Translations under genes and position numbers: made by a program
Shown: piece after piece, positions 15,485 to 23,066 of the stretch
How the letters are laid out: each line of letters starts with the position of its first letter
How positions within the stretch are numbered: the stretch's first letter is position 1
Notes under the pieces: generated by a model
Told to the model about the DNA's origin: nothing
What the model saw: only the letters and a program-made list of their open reading frames with translations
Databases searched by the model: none
IMG/VR virus record: IMGVR_UViG_3300036778_000080
Coordinates: 1 to 27,885 of that record
DNA from: a virus
Lineage: Duplodnaviria; Caudoviricetes
Length of the DNA: 27,885 bases
Direction: 5' to 3' (one strand)

Positions 15485-15514
15485 GGCATACCGTGCAAAA
15501 TGAGCGGCTGTCAA
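15485..15514 (-). promoter_or_regulatory. sigma70-type promoter for the Y RNA-Ro60 cassette
   Basis: perfect TTGACA (15514-15509), 18-nt spacer, TATGCC (15490-15485); predicted start next to the 5' end of the short Y RNA. Confidence 0.6.
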
Positions 15515-15530
15515 GCGAAGGGGATGCAGG

Positions 15531-15803
15531 ATGCCAGAGACCGACGTTGCCCGCCTGCTGCGGGATGCGGACCAGGACGTGGCTGCCCGGCTGGCGAACG
15601 CGTTCAATGATGATGCCGCCGCCTCGGGGTGCAACATGGCCACCGTGATGTGGGCGCTGGCCAACCTCCAGGCGCGCGTGCTGGCCCTGACCGGCGTCGG
15701 CGACCTCCAGCTTTGGCAGGCAACCCAGTTCCAGATGATGGTGCAGGTCGCGCTGCCGGCGCAGATGGTGGCGGTCGAGAAAGCCAAGGGGACCATGCAG
15801 TGA
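15531..15803 (+). CDS. hypothetical helical protein (90 aa)
   Basis: purine-rich RBS; divergent from the Ro cassette. Confidence 0.7.
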   Translation: MPETDVARLLRDADQDVAARLANAFNDDAAASGCNMATVMWALANLQARVLALTGVGDLQLWQATQFQMMVQVALPAQMVAVEKAKGTMQ

Positions 15804-16255
15804 CGCCGGCTGATCTCGGGTATCTGGCCGCACTGGTGGACGGCGGTTGCATCGCGGTCACACGAACATCGACCAATGCAGCGGCCAAGGGCTGCAAACG
15901 CGGCTTCTCCTATCGTGCAAGCATCGTCGTTTCGGGCACTGATGAAGCGGAAGCGGTCCTACGGTGGGCCGTGGAAGCGACTGGTCTAGGTTCTGTTGCA
16001 CCGAAAAAGCCTCCTCGGCCCGGATATCAGCGCACCTGGGCTTGGAGCATATGGAGCCAGGAAGCAGCGGCGCTCCTGCGGCTGGTGCTACCTCTGTTGA
16101 GGGTCAAACGCGAGAGGGCGGAGCGACTGCTGCTGTTTCAGGCGAGGATGCGGTTTCCGGGCGTGCATGGCCTGACGGACGAAGAGTGGAATTTTCGCGA
16201 GCGTCTCTATGCGGAGTTTCGAGTGCTCAACGAGAGAGGGAAGTTAGCAGCATGA
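15800..16255 (+). CDS. free-standing single-motif LAGLIDADG endonuclease-like protein, probably inactive
   Basis: YLAALVDG-GCI motif, G.V, W.W.I, LP.LRVK..RA; GTGA/ATGA coupling. Confidence 0.8.
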   Translation: MTPADLGYLAALVDGGCIAVTRTSTNAAAKGCKRGFSYRASIVVSGTDEAEAVLRWAVEATGLGSVAPKKPPRPGYQRTWAWSIWSQEAAALLRLVLPLLRVKRERAERLLLFQARMRFPGVHGLTDEEWNFRERLYAEFRVLNERGKLAA

Positions 16256-17136
16256 GCACGCAACCGGTGTGCCTTTACCACGCAGAGTGCTGTGATGGCT
16301 TCGCCGCGGCGACGGCGGTCTGGCACTACCACCGGCGGGACCGGATGGCCGGCCCGATGCCGGAATTCTTCCCGTGCAAGTACGATGGCCCAATACCGGC
16401 CATTGCGCGGTTCCGGGGCGCCTCCGTCGTCATGGTGGATTTCTCGCTGCCCCGGCAGACAATGCTGGATGTGGCTGCGGTGGCGGAGACTGTCCTGGTG
16501 CTGGATCACCACAAGACGGCGCAAGATGCCCTGGTGGACCTGCCGGAAAACGTGTGCGTCAAGTTCGATATGAACAGCAGCGGCGCGGCTCTGGCGTGGC
16601 GGTATTTCCACCAGTTCATAGACCTGCCGCCGGTGATTGCCCACGTCCAGGATCGGGACCTGTGGCGGTTCCAGATGCCCGGCTCGCGCGAGGTGCATGC
16701 GTCGCTGATGTCGCACCCGCGGGACTTCGAGACCTGGATCAATCTGGTGCTGGACGGGCCGGCCCCGCTGATCGCCGATGGCAAGCCAATCCTTCGCCAG
16801 CACGATGTCCTGGTGGGGACGATGGTCCGTGAGGGCCGGTCGAAGATGCGGCTCGGCCCGAACCGGGTGCAGGTGCCGGTCTGCAACGTGCCCTTCATGT
16901 TCGCCTCGGACGTGGCGCATGCGCTGTTCGATGCCCGCGGCGATGCGCCCTTCGCGGCGACATACTGCGACATGGCGGACGGGCGGCGGCATTTCAGCCT
17001 ACGGAGTGGTCCGGAGGGCGCCGATGTAGAGGCGGTCGCCAAGCATTACGGCGGGGGCGGCCACCGGAACGCGGCCGGCTTCTCGATGCCCAGCCACTGG
17101 TCCGGCGAGCGCACGCCAGGGTCGAGTTTTGGCTGA
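16252..17136 (+). CDS. DHH/DHHA1 phosphoesterase (NrnB/nanoRNase-like)
   Basis: YH..C.DG, VDFS, LDHHKT, QDRDLW, SLRS, GGGGH.NAAGF. Confidence 0.9.
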   Translation: MSTQPVCLYHAECCDGFAAATAVWHYHRRDRMAGPMPEFFPCKYDGPIPAIARFRGASVVMVDFSLPRQTMLDVAAVAETVLVLDHHKTAQDALVDLPENVCVKFDMNSSGAALAWRYFHQFIDLPPVIAHVQDRDLWRFQMPGSREVHASLMSHPRDFETWINLVLDGPAPLIADGKPILRQHDVLVGTMVREGRSKMRLGPNRVQVPVCNVPFMFASDVAHALFDARGDAPFAATYCDMADGRRHFSLRSGPEGADVEAVAKHYGGGGHRNAAGFSMPSHWSGERTPGSSFG

Positions 17137-17222
17137 TGCAGCCGGACACGCTATGGCAGGCAATCTTCGTGCTGCTGGTGATCGGGCTGGTGGTCTGGTT
17201 CATGTGGGGCGTGCTGGGCTGA
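17136..17222 (+). CDS. 28-aa single-TM peptide
   Basis: TGATG coupling; MQPDTLWQAIFVLLVIGLVVWFMWGVLG. Confidence 0.45.
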   Translation: MQPDTLWQAIFVLLVIGLVVWFMWGVLG

Positions 17223-17396
17223 TGGCGGAGCGCAATCCCTTGCGCACCTTGATCCCGACGTGTGGGCGCTGGCGTGTGCCATCGCCAAGCACGCGCACCC
17301 GAATGCGATCTACCCGCAGCCGGCCGATGTCACCCTGGCCGGTGCGCTCATCGTTATGATCGACCGGCGGCGCGGTTCCCGGTAGCATCCCGGGCC

Positions 17397-17543
17397 ATGC
17401 TCAAGCGTGGCTCCAGCCGGAAGACGATCTCGGCGAACATCAAGACCGAAATGGCGGCCGGCAAGCCGCAGGATCAGTCGGTGGCAATCGCCTTGTCCAA
17501 GGCTGGCAAGTCGAAGCCGAAGTCTAAGCGCAAGAAAGGATAG
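17397..17543 (+). CDS. small basic phage protein (48 aa)
   Basis: LKRGSS.KTISANI..E..AGKPQ.Q.VAIALS.A pattern common in phage packaging regions. Confidence 0.75.
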   Translation: MLKRGSSRKTISANIKTEMAAGKPQDQSVAIALSKAGKSKPKSKRKKG

Positions 17544-17547
17544 GGCC

Positions 17548-17865
17548 ATGGCTGCGGGCGGTGCGGACGGTATCCAGCAGAGGAAGACACTGGGCATGGG
17601 CAACAAGATCGGCGGCGGTGACTCGTTCGGGGTCAAAAGCTTCGGCGAGATGAACGGCGGTGGCCGGAGCATGGGCAGCCATGAGACCGAGGGCACCAAG
17701 TACGGCGAGCAGTCGAAGCTGCTGGGCGATGGCGAGCGTGCGGCCGGCAAGCACGTCGAGCGCGGCCCTGGCATGATGCCGGCGACCCGGCATTCGGACC
17801 ACGGCCCGCACTATCACGAGGGCGACGGGTTCGGGGTGGACAGCTTCTCCTCGGTCAATCGCTGA
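17548..17865 (+). CDS. Gly-rich disordered protein (105 aa)
   Basis: AGGA RBS; low complexity. Confidence 0.65.
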   Translation: MAAGGADGIQQRKTLGMGNKIGGGDSFGVKSFGEMNGGGRSMGSHETEGTKYGEQSKLLGDGERAAGKHVERGPGMMPATRHSDHGPHYHEGDGFGVDSFSSVNR

Positions 17866-17869
17866 TCCC

Positions 17870-18475
17870 GTGGCATCGCTGAACCTGCCGCGGCATGCCG
17901 ACAACCCGCTGATGGCCGGGACCGATCCCGGCCATTCGCACGCTCCCGTATTCCAGGGCGATCATGGCCACGCGGTGACCGTGCAGGGCAAGCTTCCGCT
18001 CGGCTCCGCCTTGTCCGTCCAGCGCTTGGACAGTCCGATGATCGGCGTGTCGCTCCAGCAGATGCAGGAACTGCACCGACGCTATGAGCGCGAGGTGATG
18101 GGCGTCGGCACGTACGACGAGTATCGGGCGGCGCTGGAACGGGCAGCGCAGTACGAGGCGCGGGCAACGGCGGCGGAGAAAGCGCTGGCTGAGGAACGCA
18201 AGCTGCTGCCGGGCCGGGCGTTGCAGGGGGTGCTCGAAGCGCTGAAGGCCGGCACGTTTATCAAGGCTGAGGTCGAGGTGCTGGTGAAGGCGCTGGACAC
18301 CATGGGGCATTTCCAGAGCGAGGCGTCGGCGGTGGAAAGCGTCCTGGACAGCCTGCTGAACCATCGGCTGGTGCCGGGCGAGCGCAAGGCGCTGCGCAAG
18401 GCACTGGAACAGGCAGAGAGGGTGCCGGCATCGACCAACGAGGCGCTGGGCCGGGCGATCAGCCGCCGCCGCTGA
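17870..18475 (+). CDS. hypothetical protein (201 aa)
   Basis: long ORF in the operon with coiled-coil segment. Confidence 0.7.
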   Translation: MASLNLPRHADNPLMAGTDPGHSHAPVFQGDHGHAVTVQGKLPLGSALSVQRLDSPMIGVSLQQMQELHRRYEREVMGVGTYDEYRAALERAAQYEARATAAEKALAEERKLLPGRALQGVLEALKAGTFIKAEVEVLVKALDTMGHFQSEASAVESVLDSLLNHRLVPGERKALRKALEQAERVPASTNEALGRAISRRR

Positions 18476-18693
18476 GGCGTCGGCCCGTCATCCCGTTCGT
18501 GTTCCCGGACTTCGGGCTGATCGTGTTCATGCTGCTCGTGTTCGGGCTGCTGTGCCTGCTCCGCTGGCTTCTCGGGGCGATTGCAGCGCTATGAAGGTGA
18601 TCCGTCTTGCCGGCGCCTCGGTAACCGTGGAACGGTTGGACTGCGGGGGCGGCGTCTTCAAGCCCGGCTGGTGGGCGGAAATCTGGCACCACG

Positions 18694-19023
18694 GTGCCCG
18701 CTCGCAGGTCTCGGGCTGGTATCCGTCGCTCGGCGAGGTCAGGCGCGTGGCGCACCAAGAGGTCGGACTTGTATCCCTATCCAGTCGCCTATCCGGTGAT
18801 CAAGGACCAGGATCACCCGCTCTGGAAGGCGGCTGAAGCCGGCTGGCCAGACCACACGATCAATCAGGCGTGGAACGAGGCGATCGAATACGATCGCGCG
18901 CACCCTCGCAAAGCGAACAGCCGCGACCATCCCGCGTTCTCCAGAGGCTACCTGCCAAACCCTCTCGCGCAACGGTCGGAAGATGATCGTCCCAAGCTGG
19001 CAGAGGTGAAGCCGCGCCGGTGA
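18694..19023 (+). CDS. hypothetical protein (true start probably near 18768)
   Basis: GTGA overlap with next gene; protein-like C-terminal part. Confidence 0.5.
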   Translation: MPARRSRAGIRRSARSGAWRTKRSDLYPYPVAYPVIKDQDHPLWKAAEAGWPDHTINQAWNEAIEYDRAHPRKANSRDHPAFSRGYLPNPLAQRSEDDRPKLAEVKPRR

Positions 19024-19226
19024 CGGCCGGCATCTTCGCCCGGCGCTCCATCTCTTGGCTACGCGCACACCGGACCCGGCTGCTGCGGATGATGCTCGAA
19101 CCGCCGCCGCAGGGTGGCAGTGTCGCCTATGAGCGGTACCAGCGACAGCTTGCGGGCTACCTCGCCGAAGTGGACGCGGAACTGGAAAGACGTGATCCGC
19201 CGCCGATAGGGTGTAAGGATTGCTGA
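19020..19226 (+). CDS. hypothetical protein (68 aa)
   Basis: GTGA coupling. Confidence 0.55.
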   Translation: MTAGIFARRSISWLRAHRTRLLRMMLEPPPQGGSVAYERYQRQLAGYLAEVDAELERRDPPPIGCKDC

Positions 19227-19247
19227 TACCCCTTGGGAGGTGCCCCG

Positions 19248-19769
19248 ATGCCCGATGATGACGCGATCCATCTCGCCACATATGAGCGGCCGGACGGCCG
19301 GCTCGCTACGATCGTCCACCGGGGCGATCTCATGCGCACTGCTGCCGGAGGGTCTATCGAGACCGTCGCGCGCCGCGTGCATGCCGTGCTGATCGCAGAG
19401 TTCGGGCTGCAACCGGCCGATGCCGAACCGCTGGCCACGCCAGAGGCGGTGCAAGGCTCGATGCTGGTGCCGGCCGGCGACGCCAAGGCAGCCGCTGAAA
19501 ATGAGAGCGCCCTACACAAGCTGATGGACGACAACGCGGCGCTGAAAACAGAACTTTCCGAGGCAAAGGCGTCCCTGGCGCAGGCGGAGAAAGACCGCGA
19601 CACGGCGCGCGAGCGGGTGACGGAACTGAGCAAGCCGCCGCCGGCGACTGCCACACCCCTGCCAACTGCGGTGCCGCAGCAGACGCCGCCTCCTACCCCG
19701 GCGCCGACACAGCCGCCGCCGCCCACACCCACACCGGCTCCCACCCCGGAACCATCAAAGGAGGCGTGA
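19248..19769 (+). CDS. coiled-coil protein with Pro/Thr-rich tail
   Basis: GGAGG RBS; heptads followed by PTPAP repeats. Confidence 0.75.
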   Translation: MPDDDAIHLATYERPDGRLATIVHRGDLMRTAAGGSIETVARRVHAVLIAEFGLQPADAEPLATPEAVQGSMLVPAGDAKAAAENESALHKLMDDNAALKTELSEAKASLAQAEKDRDTARERVTELSKPPPATATPLPTAVPQQTPPPTPAPTQPPPPTPTPAPTPEPSKEA

Positions 19770-19776
19770 GGTCATC

Positions 19777-19932
19777 ATGGGCAAGGATTTCCCGGCCGCG
19801 CACCACGACGGCGGCGACATGGCTTGGCCTGACTACAACGACATGGTGGTCAAACTCGTGCCCACCATGCCGGCCTCGCAGGCGGATCGGCAGCAGATGC
19901 GCCCGGTGCGACCTGATCCTGAAGGTGAGTAG
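19777..19932 (+). CDS. small hypothetical protein (51 aa)
   Basis: GAGG RBS; MGKDFPAAHHDGG...PEGE. Confidence 0.5.
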   Translation: MGKDFPAAHHDGGDMAWPDYNDMVVKLVPTMPASQADRQQMRPVRPDPEGE

Positions 19933-20129
19933 TGCAGCGCCGGCCGGAGGGGGACCGGGTGAAGGTCCGCACGCTGCTGAGGAACGGGCTGACGCAACGC
20001 GAGGTGGCGGCGAAGACCGGCATCCCGCAATCGACGATCGCGCACATCGCGACGCGGGACCGGCGGGAGGCGGAAGCGGTCGAGAGCGGGGAGAACAAAG
20101 TCGGGCCGCTCCCGTCCTGGATGCGATAG
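19932..20129 (+). CDS. small HTH protein
   Basis: GLTQREVAAKTGIPQSTIAHI. Confidence 0.7.
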   Translation: MQRRPEGDRVKVRTLLRNGLTQREVAAKTGIPQSTIAHIATRDRREAEAVESGENKVGPLPSWMR

Positions 20130-20180
20130 ATGGCAGTCATCACAACGGGCGCGACGCCCAAGGCACTGCAAGGGGGCAAT

Positions 20181-20432
20181 ATGGCTGGCCTGTCCACTGC
20201 CGCGCGCACTGCGCTGCCAACCTCCGATTTCGCGTTGCCCGACAAGCGGAAGTATCCGGTAGATACGTCCGGACGCGCCCGCAACGCGCTGTCCCGCGTC
20301 TCCCAGTTCGGCACGCCGATGGAAAAGGAACGGGTGCGGGCCAAGGTCGCCAGCGCGTGGCCGGCGGTGCAGCAGTCCCACAACGATGGCGGGACCGCAT
20401 TCCATGACGCCACCGACGCCGCTTGGCGCTGA
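20181..20432 (+). CDS. DUF6582-like small phage protein
   Basis: LS...R.ALP.SDFALP..RKYP.....ARNALSRV.Q pattern. Confidence 0.65.
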   Translation: MAGLSTAARTALPTSDFALPDKRKYPVDTSGRARNALSRVSQFGTPMEKERVRAKVASAWPAVQQSHNDGGTAFHDATDAAWR

Positions 20433-20706
20433 GGCACCGCTGCGGGCGCAGCTACTGCCCGCCGACCTGGAAGCCTTGTCGCACGCCGAACGGCTCCAGC
20501 GCCTCGCCGACCTGGCAGGCGAACTGTATGCCGACGATGACGATGACCGGCCGCCGATGATGCGGCTGGCTGCCGACATGGGCGTCACCCGCAATACCGT
20601 GCGCCGCTGGTTCCGGATGCACACGCCCGTCCCTTTGCCGGTCCTGGTGGCGGCCGGTGCCATGCTCCACGTGAAGCGGACCCTCGGTGCAGTCGATCCA
20701 GTATGA
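20404..20706 (+). CDS. small HTH protein, paralogous to 13637..13861
   Basis: LAADMGVTRNTVRRW...TPVP. Confidence 0.65.
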   Translation: MTPPTPLGAEAPLRAQLLPADLEALSHAERLQRLADLAGELYADDDDDRPPMMRLAADMGVTRNTVRRWFRMHTPVPLPVLVAAGAMLHVKRTLGAVDPV

Positions 20707-22195
20707 CGTGACCGATGTGCCGACCATCGGTCGGTTCATGGAAAGCGACGCCTTCATACGTGGCCTGATGGGGCCTTTTTCGTCGGGCAAGTCCTCGGGC
20801 TGCCTCTTTGACCTGATCAACCGCGGGCTGCGGCAGGCACCGGGACGGGACGGCGTCCGGCGCAGCCGCTGGGCGGTGGTCCGCAACACGTATCCACAAC
20901 TCCGCGACACGACCATCAAGACGGTGCACCAGTGGTTCCCACCGCACCTCTTCGGTCGCTGGCGATCGTCGGAACATGACTATCTGATCAACCGGCTGAT
21001 CGCGCCCGGCGACAAGCATCCGGCGCAGATCGAATTCCTATTCCGGGCGCTGGACCGGCCGGAGCACGTGCGGAACCTGCTGTCGCTCGAACTGACGGGG
21101 GCATGGGTCAACGAGGCGCGCGAGGTGCCCTGGACGATCGTCGATGCCCTGACCGGCCGCGTCGATCGCTTCCCGGCCCGGCGCGACGGCGGCGCGACCT
21201 GGGCTGGCGTGGTGCTCGATACCAACCCGCCGGACACGGAAAGCGACTGGTACCGGTTCTTCGAGGAGGCGGACCATACCGAGGCGGTCGAGCGCCTCGC
21301 GGAGTTCATTCCCGGCCTGACCGTCGAGCGCTTTGCCCGCATCTTCCGCCAGCCGTCCGGGCGCTCCAGGCAGGCGGAGAACACCCGCAACAACGCACCC
21401 GGCTACTGGCACCGGCTCTGCATCGGCAAAACCGATGACTGGATCAAGGTCTATGTCGATGGCGACTATGGCTTCGTGGTCGATGGCCGGCCGGTCTTCG
21501 AGGAGTATCGCGACAACCTGCACTGCCCTGGCTCGGCGGACCCGTCGCGCGAACCTGTCACAGATGAGCGGCTGCCAATCCAGCGCGGCTGGGACTTCGG
21601 CCTGACGCCGGCGTGCATCTTCTCCCAGCTATCCACCACGGGGGTGTGGAAGGTGGTGGATGAGCTGATCGCCACCAGCATGGGCGTCGATCGCTTCTCC
21701 GACCGGGTGCTGAACCATTCGGCCAGGTTCTTCCCCAACAGCCGCTTCGAGGATATCGGCGATCCGTCCGGTGAAAGCCGGGGCGACACGGACGAACGCT
21801 CTTGCTTCGATATCCTTCACGCCAAGAACATCGCCATTTCCGGCGGCCTGCAAAACCCGACGATCCGGCAGGAGTGCGTGCGCAAGCCGCTGCGGCTGAT
21901 CGCCGACGATGGTCATCCGGCCTTCAACATCCATCCGCGCTGCAAGATCACGCGGCGGGCGCTCCAGGGCGGCTTTCACTTCCGCAAGGTCGAGGTGGCT
22001 GGGCGTGGTCCTCGATACATGGAAAACCCGGAAAAGAACGCGTACAGCCATCCCGCGGACGCTTTGTGCTACACGGCGACGCATCTTTTCGGCTCCGCGT
22101 TGCTGACGCCGGCGGATGATGGCCAAGATGGCGACGAAGATCGGTTTGTGGGGAGGCTGACCGATCGGACCCGCAGTATCGTGACGGGGTATTGA
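20687..22195 (+). CDS. terL: terminase large subunit
   Basis: Walker A GPFSSGKS, Walker B-like AWVNE, DTNPP coupling motif, RNase H-like GWDFG, GDPSG, HPADALCY. Confidence 0.93.
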   Translation: MQSIQYDVTDVPTIGRFMESDAFIRGLMGPFSSGKSSGCLFDLINRGLRQAPGRDGVRRSRWAVVRNTYPQLRDTTIKTVHQWFPPHLFGRWRSSEHDYLINRLIAPGDKHPAQIEFLFRALDRPEHVRNLLSLELTGAWVNEAREVPWTIVDALTGRVDRFPARRDGGATWAGVVLDTNPPDTESDWYRFFEEADHTEAVERLAEFIPGLTVERFARIFRQPSGRSRQAENTRNNAPGYWHRLCIGKTDDWIKVYVDGDYGFVVDGRPVFEEYRDNLHCPGSADPSREPVTDERLPIQRGWDFGLTPACIFSQLSTTGVWKVVDELIATSMGVDRFSDRVLNHSARFFPNSRFEDIGDPSGESRGDTDERSCFDILHAKNIAISGGLQNPTIRQECVRKPLRLIADDGHPAFNIHPRCKITRRALQGGFHFRKVEVAGRGPRYMENPEKNAYSHPADALCYTATHLFGSALLTPADDGQDGDEDRFVGRLTDRTRSIVTGY

Positions 22196-22444
22196 ATGTC
22201 TGAGTCTCTCGTGATCCCCAAAGGGGTGTCACTCACTGCGCTGACCAATCGGTGCGGCTCCTGCAAGCATCGCCACCAGGGCGACGGCGATATCGAGTGC
22301 CGGGCGCATCCGCCGCATGGGACGGTGATCCTGATCCCGGATCGCGTGAGCGGCGCCAAGCTCCAGACGTTCTCGGTCTTTCCGCTGATCAAGGACAATC
22401 ACTGGTGCGGCGAGTGGACGCCGCGCGAACGCGACAAGCAGTGA
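22196..22444 (+). CDS. small Cys-rich protein
   Basis: CGSC...CRAHPP...FP......WCGEW. Confidence 0.7.
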   Translation: MSESLVIPKGVSLTALTNRCGSCKHRHQGDGDIECRAHPPHGTVILIPDRVSGAKLQTFSVFPLIKDNHWCGEWTPRERDKQ

Positions 22445-22845
22445 GCGACACAAACTCCCGTTTCAGCATGCCCGTAAATCCTTCGGAAACGGGCTTGTCG
22501 AAGGGTGAGCAGTGGGAAATGGACTTCGCCGCGCTCGAAATGCTGCCTTCCGAGGTGCGTTTTCGGGTGCGCGAGTTGAACATCAACGTCAGCGCCATGA
22601 GCGTGTTCCGTGCTTGGAAACAGTCGGGTGCTTCACTCGCTGGCGTTCTGGCCACCCTGGCCAAGCTGGATCGCTCCGAGGGGAAGGAGATGCTGGATTT
22701 CGCCCGGGAGCATAAGGCAGCGCACGGCTATTGGCTGCCGCACCTCTCGGCTGAGGTCAGCGTGCAGCGATACGGCCCGCTGAACGGGCAGGCATCGCGC
22801 CTGGTCCGCGGCCGGTGGATGCGGCAGCGACGGCTGGCGGCGTGA
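22441..22845 (+). CDS. hypothetical protein (134 aa)
   Basis: GTGA coupling at both ends. Confidence 0.65.
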   Translation: MSDTNSRFSMPVNPSETGLSKGEQWEMDFAALEMLPSEVRFRVRELNINVSAMSVFRAWKQSGASLAGVLATLAKLDRSEGKEMLDFAREHKAAHGYWLPHLSAEVSVQRYGPLNGQASRLVRGRWMRQRRLAA

Positions 22846-23066
22846 ACGTGCTGGACGTGCTACGGGCCAACCCCTACGTCGCGCTGCGGCTCGCCGATGT
22901 GCGCGAGCGCAGCGAACTGAACGAACGGGAATTCGATCGCCAGCTTTTCCGCCTTGTCGGCGAGGGACGGGCAAAGCGGGTGTTCGTCTATGAGGATGGC
23001 CGGCAGGAGGTGCTCGTGCTCACGCTGCACGGCATGCTTAACCGCGAGGGGATCGAGGTGACATGA
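22842..23066 (+). CDS. small winged-helix-like protein
   Basis: LADVRERSEL...EFDRQLFRL..EGR; coupled to the portal ATG. Confidence 0.55.
   Translation: MNVLDVLRANPYVALRLADVRERSELNEREFDRQLFRLVGEGRAKRVFVYEDGRQEVLVLTLHGMLNREGIEVT

Noticed and set aside
14473-15648. 391-aa plus-strand ORF across Ro60 and the Y RNAs
   Set aside because: Antisense shadow of Ro60; no protein motifs
15800-16255. Group I intron or intein hosting the LAGLIDADG ORF
   Set aside because: ORF is coupled directly to both neighbours; no interrupted host gene, intron core or intein termini seen
19630-19760. C-rich repetitive tract
   Set aside because: Explained by Pro/Thr codons in a linker; not a CRISPR array or iteron
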